Shown here piece after piece: positions 49,608 to 58,461 of a stretch of 64,000 bases of DNA. The notes beneath the pieces were generated by a model that saw only the letters and a program-made list of their open reading frames with translations, did no database searches and was not told the DNA's origin. The stretch's first letter is position 1, and the number at the start of each line of letters is the position of its first letter. Both the position numbers and the translations under genes were made by a program. Location: the IMG/VR virus record IMGVR_UViG_3300037502_003770, positions 248,695-312,694 of that record, one strand, 5' to 3'.

Positions 49608-49679
49608 ACGATTGTAGTTCAGCAGGTAGAACGAAGGTCAGAAAACCTTGAGTCGACAGTTCAAGTCTGTCCTTTCGTT
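49608..49679 (+). ncRNA. tRNA-like element with a 6-nt anticodon loop (Phe-like, non-canonical)
   Basis: D stem GTTC/GAAC, anticodon stem AAGGT/ACCTT, loop CAGAAA, T arm GACAG-TTCAAGT-CTGTC; two U-U mismatches in the acceptor; flanked by an 11-bp inverted repeat. Confidence 0.7.
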
Positions 49680-49698
49680 TGTTTGATATTTTAATTTT

Positions 49699-49771
49699 GG
49701 TGTTGTAGCTCAGTTGGTAGAGCGATTGACTGTTAATCAATTGGTCGTAGGTTCAATCCCTACCATCACCG
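49699..49771 (+). tRNA. tRNA-Asn(GTT)
   Basis: Cloverleaf: GGTGTTG/CATCACC acceptor, ATTGA-CT GTT AA-TCAAT; CCA not encoded. Confidence 0.93.
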
Positions 49772-49802
49772 CTTTATTTTAAAAATATAATCTTTCTTTA
49801 AT

Positions 49803-50408
49803 ATGAATTATTCTAAACATTTATTTATTTCTATTGGTACTGAAATTAACTTTGATTTTCATTCTATTTCTGATGAATATGAATTAAAATTAGTTAATGA
49901 TTCTAAAAATAACAATGAATATGCTAGTTTAGTTTATTTAGGTGAATTTTCTGAATTAAAACAATTTACTTTAGGTTATGTAGATTCAACAACAAATGAA
50001 TTTAAAAGTAGTACATTTAAAATAGATGATAAATATACAACAGAAAAAGAATTATTAACGATTTTAGTTAAATGTTTAAAACAATTTTATCAAAAATATC
50101 CTGTTTTAAACGGTTATATGTTATTTGATTATATAACTCCTTTTTTAATAAAAAGATTAATTGTTAATGGTTTTTTATTAAATGAATTACCAGCTCATTT
50201 AACAGATTATACAAAAAAGCCTTGGGAAAAAATAAACTTTTGTTTATATGATTTCTGGAAGTTTGGTAGTTATAATAAATCTGCAACAATGTATATTCTA
50301 TGTAAACTATTTAATGTTGAATTTGATATACATAATATAAATAGTGAGACCTTTCTAAAAAGTTATTTTTCTTTAATTGAGAAAATCTTTAAGAAGAATA
50401 CTATTTAA
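49803..50408 (+). CDS. PolB-like 3'-5' exonuclease-fold protein, probably inactive
   Basis: ITPFLIKRLIVNG...KKPWE...DFWKFG matches the stand-alone DNA_pol_B_exo2 family, but the ExoI and ExoIII acidic residues are not evident. Confidence 0.65.
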   Translation: MNYSKHLFISIGTEINFDFHSISDEYELKLVNDSKNNNEYASLVYLGEFSELKQFTLGYVDSTTNEFKSSTFKIDDKYTTEKELLTILVKCLKQFYQKYPVLNGYMLFDYITPFLIKRLIVNGFLLNELPAHLTDYTKKPWEKINFCLYDFWKFGSYNKSATMYILCKLFNVEFDIHNINSETFLKSYFSLIEKIFKKNTI

Positions 50409-50423
50409 ATAAAATATAAACAA

Positions 50424-50497
50424 CGCAGGGTAGAGCAGTGGTCAGCTCGCAAGGCTCATAACCTTTGAGGTCGTTGGTTCGAATCCAATCCCTGCTA
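50424..50497 (+). tRNA. tRNA-Met(CAT), initiator-like
   Basis: CGCAGGG/CCCTGCT acceptor with unpaired C1:U72, GAGC/GCTC D stem, loop CT CAT AA; preceded by ACTATTTAA at 50400-50408. Confidence 0.9.
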
Positions 50498-50515
50498 CTA
50501 ATTTAAATTAATTTT

Positions 50516-50525
50516 ACTATTTATA
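50516..50525 (+). promoter_or_regulatory. Promoter motif ACTATTTATA directly before tnpB
   Basis: 13 nt before the ATG at 50538. Confidence 0.6.
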
Positions 50526-50537
50526 TAATATATATTT

Positions 50538-51791
50538 ATGTACTCTATTAAAATAAGACTTTATTTAAATAAAAAACAACAAGAAAAATTAGAATCAATT
50601 TTTAATTCTTGTCGTTTTATTTATAATAAATGTCTTTCTTATAAAATAGATACATATAATAATGAAAAAAGAATTTTAAGTGAATTTGATTTAGTAAATT
50701 ATTATGGGCAAGTTTTAAGAAAAGACCCTAATTATAGTTTTTTATTAAATACAAATTCTAAACTACATAATTCTACAATTCTTCATGTTAATTCATCATT
50801 TGTCAATTTTATTAAACATAATAAAGGTTTTCCTAAGTTTAAAAGTAAAAGAGAAAAAGAAAAAAGTTGTAAATTTCCTAATAAAGCTATTTCTGTTAAC
50901 TTTTTATCAGAAGGAAAGTATTTAAATTTTATAACTGATTTTAATAGAGTAAGGTTTAGAACTTCAAAAAAATATTTAGAAATATTAAAATCTATTAAAA
51001 GAGATGATATACAAAACATAACTGTTACTAAGAAAAGAAGTGGTATTTATGAAGCTTCCATTTGTTTAAATAAATCAAAACCAAAGGGAAAAAAGTTAAA
51101 AGATACCAATTCTATTATAGGAATAGATTTAGGTGTTAAACAACTATTAACCCTTTCTGATAATACCTCCTTTCAAAATAAAAAGTTTTATAAGAAAGAG
51201 GATATTAAATTAAAGAAATTACAAAGAAAGCTTTCTAAAAGTATAAAGTGTTTTAAAGAGAGTAAAAATGAAGATAGTAAGTATTTTGGAAAAAATAAAG
51301 GTAAAAATTTAGAAAAGAACAGATTAAAAGTAGCAAGACTTAATGAAAAAATAACAAACCAAAAAGATACTTATATTCATGAAATAACTTCTAAAATTAT
51401 AAACGAAAACCAAGTTATAATAATGGAAGATTTGAATGTACAAGGAATGTTAAAAAATCATAAACTTGCAAGGTCAATTCAAAATGTCTCTTTTTATGAA
51501 ATAAAGAGGCAGTTAGAATATAAATCGTCTTTTTATGGAAGAGAATTAATCCTTGTAGATAGGTTTTTTCCATCAAGTAAGACTTGTTCTTGCTGCGGAA
51601 GTAAAAAGAAAGATTTAAAATTAAGTGACCGAGTATACAAATGTAATAACCCTTCATGCGGAGTAGAAATCGATAGAGATTTAAATGCAGCGATTAATAT
51701 TCGCAACGAAGGAATAAAAATAAAAAATAACCTTCACTTAAATGTGAAGGTTATTAAAAAGAAAAGTAGGGGTCCGTTGCTCCGAACATAA
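50538..51791 (+). mobile_element. tnpB: TnpB RNA-guided endonuclease (IS200/IS605/IS607 family), solo, no tnpA nearby
   Basis: N-terminal HTH (SIKIRLYLN...CRFIYN), RuvC-I GIDLG, RuvC-II MEDL, zinc finger CSCCG...CNNPSC, RuvC-III DRDLNAAINI. Confidence 0.92.
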
Positions 51792-51865
51792 CGCTTGCGG
51801 ACTATCCACTATCGGGGTTATAATTGCAATATATTATAATTAGATATGATAGGTTGAAACAAGAA
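51765..51865 (+). ncRNA. Putative TnpB reRNA/omegaRNA scaffold and element right end
   Basis: Relatively GC-rich segment overlapping the tnpB stop; CTATC/GATAG stem enclosing the GGTTATAAT/ATTATAATT hairpin; ends GTTGAAACAAGAA. Boundaries are approximate. Confidence 0.55.
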
Positions 51866-51902
51866 AAATATAAAACGATGTCTCTCAGGTAACATTTAAT
51901 AT

Positions 51903-51974
51903 GCTCGGTTGGTCTAACGGTCATGACGACTCACTTTCTATGAGTAAATAAGAGTTCGATTCTCTTATCGAGTA
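51903..51974 (+). tRNA. tRNA-Glu(TTC)
   Basis: GCTCGGT/ATCGAGT acceptor, ACTCA-CT TTC TA-TGAGT, T arm AAGAG-TTCGATT-CTCTT. Confidence 0.88.
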
Positions 51975-51985
51975 CAATAAAATAC

Positions 51986-52060
51986 GGAGTATTGGTATAA
52001 TGGTTATTACGCTTCACTGTCTATGAAGTAATACGAGTTCGATTCTCGTATACTCCGCCA
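51986..52060 (+). tRNA. tRNA-Asp(GTC)
   Basis: GGAGTAT/ATACTCC acceptor, CTTCA-CT GTC TA-TGAAG, encoded CCA. Confidence 0.92.
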
Positions 52061-52079
52061 AATTAAATTAATATATAAT

Positions 52080-52295
52080 ATGACAACAGAACAAGGAAAA
52101 TTTTTTACAGTAAAAGTAAAATACGAAGAAACTACTGAAAAGGGTGGTACAAAATTAAAAACAGAATATAAAATTGTAAGAGCAGATTCTACAACAGAAG
52201 CTACCGAAAAGGTTTATAAATTATTCGATAACACAATGCTTATTTTTGAAGTTACTGATGTAAATTCAATGAAAGCTAATGAATATGTTAACTAA
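52080..52295 (+). CDS. DUF4494-like protein
   Basis: FFTVKVKYEETTEKGGTKLKTEYKIVRADSTTEA resembles the Bacteroidota DUF4494 N-terminus. Confidence 0.65.
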   Translation: MTTEQGKFFTVKVKYEETTEKGGTKLKTEYKIVRADSTTEATEKVYKLFDNTMLIFEVTDVNSMKANEYVN

Positions 52296-52310
52296 AAATA
52301 ATTATTTTTT

Positions 52311-52676
52311 ATGATTTCTATTAATTTAGAAGAAACTAAAAATCAAATAAAAGAACTTTTATTTAAAAAAGGAAATCTTTATTTTGAAAGTAAAGATACT
52401 GAAATAAATAAAACTTTTGATGAAGTATATGATATTAATTTATTTCATAATGGAAGTCAGTTTATTTTAACTTTTTTATATAAAAGTTTTTATATTGATG
52501 AAGATAGATTTTTCTTTTTTAAAACCCTTTCTTCAGATAAAGTATTTTTTAATCAAGATGAAAATCTTGATGATGTTATTAATAAAGCTATTGATAACCT
52601 AAATATGAATAAAATAAATAAAACAATCTTTAATAAAGAATATAGGTCTTTTTTAAAGAAAATTAAAGAATTATAA
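52311..52676 (+). CDS. Hypothetical protein
   Basis: 121-aa ORF. Confidence 0.55.
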   Translation: MISINLEETKNQIKELLFKKGNLYFESKDTEINKTFDEVYDINLFHNGSQFILTFLYKSFYIDEDRFFFFKTLSSDKVFFNQDENLDDVINKAIDNLNMNKINKTIFNKEYRSFLKKIKEL

Positions 52677-52680
52677 AAAT

Positions 52681-52890
52681 ATGTTTTTAGATGTAAGGGA
52701 CCAAGATTATTTAGATAGTAAAGAAAAAAATTCTATTAAAGAAATCATGACAAGTATTATTAATAGAACTGAAAAAACTTTAGAAGAAAGTAGGAAAATA
52801 TCTAATAAAGTACCAGGATTAAATGAAAATTTAAATGATATTGAAAAAATACTTTTAAAAATAAAAGAAAATTTACAAAAATTAAATTAA
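52681..52890 (+). CDS. Hypothetical protein
   Basis: 69-aa ORF. Confidence 0.55.
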   Translation: MFLDVRDQDYLDSKEKNSIKEIMTSIINRTEKTLEESRKISNKVPGLNENLNDIEKILLKIKENLQKLN

Positions 52891-52891
52891 A

Positions 52892-53653
52892 ATGGATAAT
52901 ACAGAACAACAAATAGAAGAATCAAAAGTAATAGTTACTTATGATGAAAATGGTTTTGCTACGATTCTTTTAAAAGAATTTAATGATATTAAAAATGTTA
53001 ATATACCATCTTGTACAATTAAAGAAATTAAATTATTATCTAATGCTTTATCTGATACCGATAGTAAATATATTACTAAATTAATATATATTGAAAATAA
53101 ATTAAAAGATATAGAAAAAGTAGTTAATAAACTACCAACCAAATCAAATTTTGATACATTATATAATAAAGTATCAAGAATTAATGATTATATTTATGAA
53201 TTAAAAAATCCTAAAATAGAAGATAGTGAAGAAACTAAAAAGTTTTTAGCTGAACAAAAGGTTTTAAATGATAAAAAGAAAGAAGAATTATTAAAACAAT
53301 TACTTGAAGATGAAATTAATGACAATGAGTATAATACAACAAATTATACAAATAAAAATACTCATAAAGTTCATATTAAAGATAATTGCATTATACATAA
53401 ACATGATTTAGAATATACTAAAGATAATTTTTACAATGAAGCAACCAAGTTTCATGGTGAAGATATATTAAAAACAGTAGTTGATATGGATTATAGTTGG
53501 TATAAGAAAAAGTTTTCTATTATAAAAGAAGTTCCAATTATACATGAATATACTGATAATGCAATTTGTATTTTTTTAAAAGATTATTCTGATTTAAAAG
53601 ATATTGAAGAACAAATAAAAGATAAAACAATAAAAGAAATTAAATTAATATAA
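52892..53653 (+). CDS. Hypothetical protein
   Basis: 253-aa ORF. Confidence 0.6.
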   Translation: MDNTEQQIEESKVIVTYDENGFATILLKEFNDIKNVNIPSCTIKEIKLLSNALSDTDSKYITKLIYIENKLKDIEKVVNKLPTKSNFDTLYNKVSRINDYIYELKNPKIEDSEETKKFLAEQKVLNDKKKEELLKQLLEDEINDNEYNTTNYTNKNTHKVHIKDNCIIHKHDLEYTKDNFYNEATKFHGEDILKTVVDMDYSWYKKKFSIIKEVPIIHEYTDNAICIFLKDYSDLKDIEEQIKDKTIKEIKLI

Positions 53654-53656
53654 ATT

Positions 53657-54172
53657 ATGGACATGCAACCTTTCATAGAAAGTACAACAGATAAATTAAA
53701 TCTTATCTTAGAAAAAATTTCTTCTTTAGAAGAAAGAGTAAATAAAACATCTAACTTAGAAAATTTTCCAAAAGAAAATAAACTTACAAGTAAAGAGAAT
53801 AATTCTTTAAATTTAAAATTTTTTAAAGATGGTACATTAAATATTGAAACAATTGATTTAATTGATTTGTATTATCAAAAAACGTATATTTCTTTGTATA
53901 GTTCAAGATTTTTAGATAAATTAATTTTTAATGATAAAGATAATTTTTTATTATTTTTAAGTGAAGTTAATTCAGATTTTATAAATAATCCTAGAAAACA
54001 AGAAAAATTAATTAAACTTGGTTATAATAATATAACTAGTGTACCTATTATTTTTTATCATAAATATTTAGGTAATGAAAAATTAAATATTTATTTAAAA
54101 CAATATTCTGATATTAGTTTAATATCAGAAGAAATAAAAAATAAAGATATAAATGGTATATTTTTATATTAA
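53657..54172 (+). CDS. Hypothetical protein
   Basis: 171-aa ORF. Confidence 0.55.
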   Translation: MDMQPFIESTTDKLNLILEKISSLEERVNKTSNLENFPKENKLTSKENNSLNLKFFKDGTLNIETIDLIDLYYQKTYISLYSSRFLDKLIFNDKDNFLLFLSEVNSDFINNPRKQEKLIKLGYNNITSVPIIFYHKYLGNEKLNIYLKQYSDISLISEEIKNKDINGIFLY

Positions 54173-54176
54173 AATT

Positions 54177-54395
54177 ATGGCAATAACAAATGAAAAATTT
54201 GATACTGATGAAGAATATTATTCTTATATTAAAAATCAACCTTTAACAAAAGAAGATTTTAATACAATTAAAAATTCTATAATTAAAACAGAAACAAATT
54301 CTGATTATTTAATATCAAAATTAAATAATCTTGAAAATGAATTAAATTATAAAAGAATATCAACATCTATTAGAATAAACGAAAAAGAAGATTAA
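54177..54395 (+). CDS. Hypothetical protein
   Basis: Likely start MAITNEK at 54177. Confidence 0.55.
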   Translation: MAITNEKFDTDEEYYSYIKNQPLTKEDFNTIKNSIIKTETNSDYLISKLNNLENELNYKRISTSIRINEKED

Positions 54396-54412
54396 TTTTT
54401 AAAATAAAAAAT

Positions 54413-54571
54413 ATGTTTTCAGAAGACTACGCATCCCCACCACAACCTTCAGCTGAAGTGAGATTACTAATTGATATTAGTAAATCTTTAAAAGAAATTC
54501 TTGCAATATTAAAAGAATCACAAAATTCTAATAATTATCAATATAATTTTAATAATAAAATACGTAAATGA
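54413..54571 (+). CDS. Small hypothetical protein (52 aa, missed by the ORF track)
   Basis: MFSEDYASPPQPSAEVRLLIDISKSLKEIL...KIRK; ATGA overlap with the next gene. Confidence 0.55.
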   Translation: MFSEDYASPPQPSAEVRLLIDISKSLKEILAILKESQNSNNYQYNFNNKIRK

Positions 54572-56100
54572 TTTCAATAGTAGTATCATCACATCTTTCA
54601 GATAATGAAGATGAACTTTTTAGAAAACATATTTTATCTACCGTAGGATTAAAACCTTCTATGGTAGATATTCACATCTATAAAAATTACAAACAGTATT
54701 CTTTATCAGAAATATATAATAAAGGATTAAAAGATTCTATCTTTGATAAAGTTATTTTTTGTCATAATGATATTATTTTTAATACTCAAAACTGGGGGAA
54801 AAGATTGTTATCTAATTTTGAAAATAATCCTAAATATGGTATATTAGGTCTTGCAGGTACAACTGATTTATCAGCTCAATCACAAGGTATGTGGTGGCAT
54901 CACAGCGAAAGAATGATAGGTCAAGTATCTCATTCTCATAATGGCAGAACTACTGAAAGTAAATACTCTTCAAATTTTGGTGATACTATTTTAGATGTTG
55001 TATGTATTGATGGATTATTTATTGCTGTAGATAAAACTAAATTAAAAAAAGGTTTTAATCAAGAGTTTGAAGGGTTTCACTTTTATGATATTTCTTTTTG
55101 TTGTGATAATTTTTTAGAAGGTGTAAATATTGGTGTTATATTTAATATTAAATTAACACATAAATCTATTGGTATGGTAAATGATGAATGGCATGCTAAT
55201 AGACAAAAATTTGTTTTTAATTATTGGAATGAATTATCTGAAAATAAGTTTACTTTAAAACCTGATATTCTTTTCACAAAAGAAGTTAAAGTAAATATAA
55301 AGAAAGCACCAAAGGTTGCAATTATTATACCAAATAAATCTAATAATAAAATATTATTTGATTGTATAAATTCTTTTATTCAAAATAATAAATATACAAA
55401 CTATACTTTCTTTATTGCTGATACTGGTTCTAGTGAAGATGAACTTTCTGAAATTGAATCTTTTCTAAAAGAAAATAGTGTTCAATCAAAATTAATTAAG
55501 TACAATTATTATAATTACGCAAAGATTAATAATGATGTTGTTAAAAATCATGTTACAGATGAATATGAACTTCTATTGTTCTGCAATAACGATATAAAGC
55601 TTCTAAATAATGTTTTGGACCAAATGGTTCAAGAATATAATTCAAACCCTCACGTTGGTACTATTGGTGCAAGATTACACTATATCGATAATAGTATTCA
55701 ACATTCAGGAATAGAATGTTTTTTAAGTAATAAAAATAAACAAGTATATTTAACCCATCATGGTTTAAGGTCTTATTATAATTATTATAATCAAAATACT
55801 AATGTAATAGGAAATACTGCTGCATTAATGATGATTAATAAAAAATTATTTAATACATTTAATATGTTTAATGAAGAATATAATGAATGTTTTGAAGATG
55901 TTGAACTTAATGTAAAATGTATTCTTTCTAAAAGAAGTAATATTTTTTTAAGTAACGCTGTTGCTTATCATTATGAATCTATAACAAGAAATCAAGATTT
56001 AAATAAAATAGAAAGACAAAATCAAGATTATCCAAAAATAATTAATTTTATTTTAACAAATTTTAATAAACTATCTACTTATATAAAACAAGTAAACTAA
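54568..56100 (+). CDS. Two-domain GT2-family glycosyltransferase
   Basis: N-terminal FCHNDI...VCIDGLF...FHFYD domain and C-terminal AIIIPN...FCNNDI...GNTAA...FEDVEL domain. Confidence 0.9.
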   Translation: MISIVVSSHLSDNEDELFRKHILSTVGLKPSMVDIHIYKNYKQYSLSEIYNKGLKDSIFDKVIFCHNDIIFNTQNWGKRLLSNFENNPKYGILGLAGTTDLSAQSQGMWWHHSERMIGQVSHSHNGRTTESKYSSNFGDTILDVVCIDGLFIAVDKTKLKKGFNQEFEGFHFYDISFCCDNFLEGVNIGVIFNIKLTHKSIGMVNDEWHANRQKFVFNYWNELSENKFTLKPDILFTKEVKVNIKKAPKVAIIIPNKSNNKILFDCINSFIQNNKYTNYTFFIADTGSSEDELSEIESFLKENSVQSKLIKYNYYNYAKINNDVVKNHVTDEYELLLFCNNDIKLLNNVLDQMVQEYNSNPHVGTIGARLHYIDNSIQHSGIECFLSNKNKQVYLTHHGLRSYYNYYNQNTNVIGNTAALMMINKKLFNTFNMFNEEYNECFEDVELNVKCILSKRSNIFLSNAVAYHYESITRNQDLNKIERQNQDYPKIINFILTNFNKLSTYIKQVN

Positions 56101-56106
56101 AATAAT

Positions 56107-56259
56107 ATGGAAGAAAATACTATACCAGAAGAAACATTACCAATGGCAGATTGTATCGATTGCGATGAATGTACATGTGGTAAAAAACCACAAGAAGAAA
56201 AAATAACAACTACACAAGAAGAATGTTTTTGTGGTAAAGCAAATTGTGATTGTGAATAA
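56107..56259 (+). CDS. Cys-rich metallothionein-like peptide (50 aa, missed by the ORF track)
   Basis: MEENTIPEETLPMADCIDCDECTCGKKPQEEKITTTQEECFCGKANCDCE; 8 Cys; TAATG coupling to the next gene. Confidence 0.7.
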   Translation: MEENTIPEETLPMADCIDCDECTCGKKPQEEKITTTQEECFCGKANCDCE

Positions 56260-57032
56260 TGAAGTTAGGTGTTTCTTATAATCTTTTTGATGGTGAAGAA
56301 CTATTAGAAAAATCCATTCTCTCAATTCGAGAGAATGTTGATTATATATCAGTTGTTTTTCAGATGGTTTCTAATTTAGGTGATATTTGTAATCCTGAAA
56401 TTAAAAATCAATTAATAGAACTTAAATCTAAAGGTTTAATTAATGATTTTTATTTATATATTCCTGATTTACATAATTCTCCACATTATAATGAAATTAC
56501 AAAAAGAAATATTGGTTTAGACTTATCTAAATTAAATAATTGTACTCATCATATGTCAATGGATACTGATGAGTTTTATTTAGATAAAGAATTTAAGTTC
56601 TTAAAAGAAGAAATGATTACTAATGATTATGATTCATCTTGTTGTCAAATGCAAACTTATTATAAAGAACCAATATATCAAATTTTTCCTCCTGAAGAAT
56701 ATTATGTTTCTTTAATATTTAAAATAAGAGAAGGAATTAATTTTGAATTTAATACTTCTTTTCCAACACTAGTTGACCCAACAAGAAGAATGCTTCCTGA
56801 AAATTGTAGAATTTTTAATAGAGAAGAAATTCAAATGCACCATTTTTCTTATGTTAGAAATGATATTAGAAAGAAATTAAGTAATTCTTCAGCTATTTCT
56901 AATATAAAAAATAATATTGAGACAGTAATTAATCATTTTGAAAATTACATATATCCACAGAAAGCTTTATGGGGTGGTGTAGGTATAACGGAATATGAAA
57001 TTAATAAAGTAGAAAATATATTTAATATATGA
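56259..57032 (+). CDS. GT-A fold glycosyltransferase-like protein
   Basis: SYNLFDGEELLEKSI...SMDTDEFY (DxD) and MHHFSYVR motifs. Confidence 0.7.
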   Translation: MKLGVSYNLFDGEELLEKSILSIRENVDYISVVFQMVSNLGDICNPEIKNQLIELKSKGLINDFYLYIPDLHNSPHYNEITKRNIGLDLSKLNNCTHHMSMDTDEFYLDKEFKFLKEEMITNDYDSSCCQMQTYYKEPIYQIFPPEEYYVSLIFKIREGINFEFNTSFPTLVDPTRRMLPENCRIFNREEIQMHHFSYVRNDIRKKLSNSSAISNIKNNIETVINHFENYIYPQKALWGGVGITEYEINKVENIFNI

Positions 57033-57673
57033 AAATAACAGATTTTTTTGATAAGATTTATTGTATAAATTTAGAACATAGAACTGATAGATGGGAACTT
57101 GCTTTAAAAGAATTTAAAAAAATTGGAATAGAAAACGATGTTTTTAGATTTAATGGTGTTTATAATAAAGAAAATGGTAATTTAGGTTGTACTCACAGTC
57201 ACTATAATGTAATTAAACATGCTAAAGATAATAATTATGAAAGAATTTTAATTTTTGAGGATGATGTTTTATTTTTAGATGAAAATATTTCTTTAATTGA
57301 AAATATTTTAGAACAATTAAAAAATATTGAGTATGATATTTTTTATTTTGGTGCTACTGTTGACCCAAATGTTGGTTTCTTATATAAAGAAACTGAAAAT
57401 ATAGTCAGAACAAATTTTGCTTATGCTCTTCAATCATATTCTGTTACAAATAAAGTTTATGACTTCATTTTAAAAAATGCAATAAATTATGAAATAATGG
57501 ATGTATTTTTAAATCAATTTTTAGTTCCTTTAAATAAAGCTTACATATCTAATCCAATGTTAACTATTCAACAATCTAATAATTTTTCAGATATTCAGAA
57601 GAATAATTCAGATTCTTATGAATGGATGATAGATTTTTTTAATAAAATTAAATTAAAATCAAATATTAACTAA
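57029..57673 (+). CDS. GT25-family glycosyltransferase
   Basis: YCINLEHRTDRW, GCTHSH and IFEDDV motifs. Confidence 0.88.
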   Translation: MKITDFFDKIYCINLEHRTDRWELALKEFKKIGIENDVFRFNGVYNKENGNLGCTHSHYNVIKHAKDNNYERILIFEDDVLFLDENISLIENILEQLKNIEYDIFYFGATVDPNVGFLYKETENIVRTNFAYALQSYSVTNKVYDFILKNAINYEIMDVFLNQFLVPLNKAYISNPMLTIQQSNNFSDIQKNNSDSYEWMIDFFNKIKLKSNIN

Positions 57674-57675
57674 AA

Positions 57676-58461
57676 ATGACTTCTATAAATTTATGTGGTG
57701 GTTTAGGTAATCAGTTATTTCAGATAGCAACTTGTTATAATCATGCTGTATCAAACAATGGTACAGCTATTTTTGATTTAGATTCATGTTACACACCAAA
57801 TCAAGGTAATACTTCTTCTAAATATAAAGATAATATTTTTTCAAGATTAAATATTGGTAAAATTACTAATATAGAAAATACTTATAATGAGATAAATCAT
57901 TATTATAATGAAATTCCTTATAAAGAAAATCAAATTTTAAATGGATATTTTCAATCATATAAATATTTTAATAAAGAAGTAATTAACTATATATTTTTAT
58001 TTACTGATGAATATATTATTAATGATTATATTAAACAGTATGAAAATTATTATTTATGTACAATTCATATAAGACGAGGTGATTATCTTTCATTTAATCA
58101 TGTACATAATACATTAGATATCGAATATTATAAAGAGGCAATTTCTTTAATAAAAAATAATTATTCTGCTGTTAAATTCTTTATTATTAGTGATGATATC
58201 TCTTTTTGTAAAGAACATTTTTTTGAAGAAGAATATATTTATCCAGAATTTAATAATGAAGTGTTAGATTTTTTACTTATAAAAAATAGTCATTTAAATA
58301 TTAATGCAAACTCAAGTTTTAGTTTATTTGCTTCTTATTTAAATAATTATAATAATATAAAAATATATCCTTCTAAATGGTTTCAAGATAATACACTAGA
58401 ATACAAAGTAGAAGATAAAATAAATTTAGAAAATAAGAATAATATAATTATCACATGTTAA
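57676..58461 (+). CDS. GT11 alpha-1,2-fucosyltransferase-like
   Basis: GGLGNQLFQ, GYFQSYKYF, IHIRRGDY and NSSFSLFASYL motifs. Confidence 0.92.
   Translation: MTSINLCGGLGNQLFQIATCYNHAVSNNGTAIFDLDSCYTPNQGNTSSKYKDNIFSRLNIGKITNIENTYNEINHYYNEIPYKENQILNGYFQSYKYFNKEVINYIFLFTDEYIINDYIKQYENYYLCTIHIRRGDYLSFNHVHNTLDIEYYKEAISLIKNNYSAVKFFIISDDISFCKEHFFEEEYIYPEFNNEVLDFLLIKNSHLNINANSSFSLFASYLNNYNNIKIYPSKWFQDNTLEYKVEDKINLENKNNIIITC

Noticed and set aside
49638-49640. Opal-suppressor (TCA) reading of the tRNA-like element
   Set aside because: The TCA triplet straddles the stem/loop boundary and is not centred in the loop.
50538-51791. Cas12f/Cas14 CRISPR effector
   Set aside because: There is no CRISPR array or cas1/2/4 nearby, and the architecture and 3' scaffold fit TnpB.
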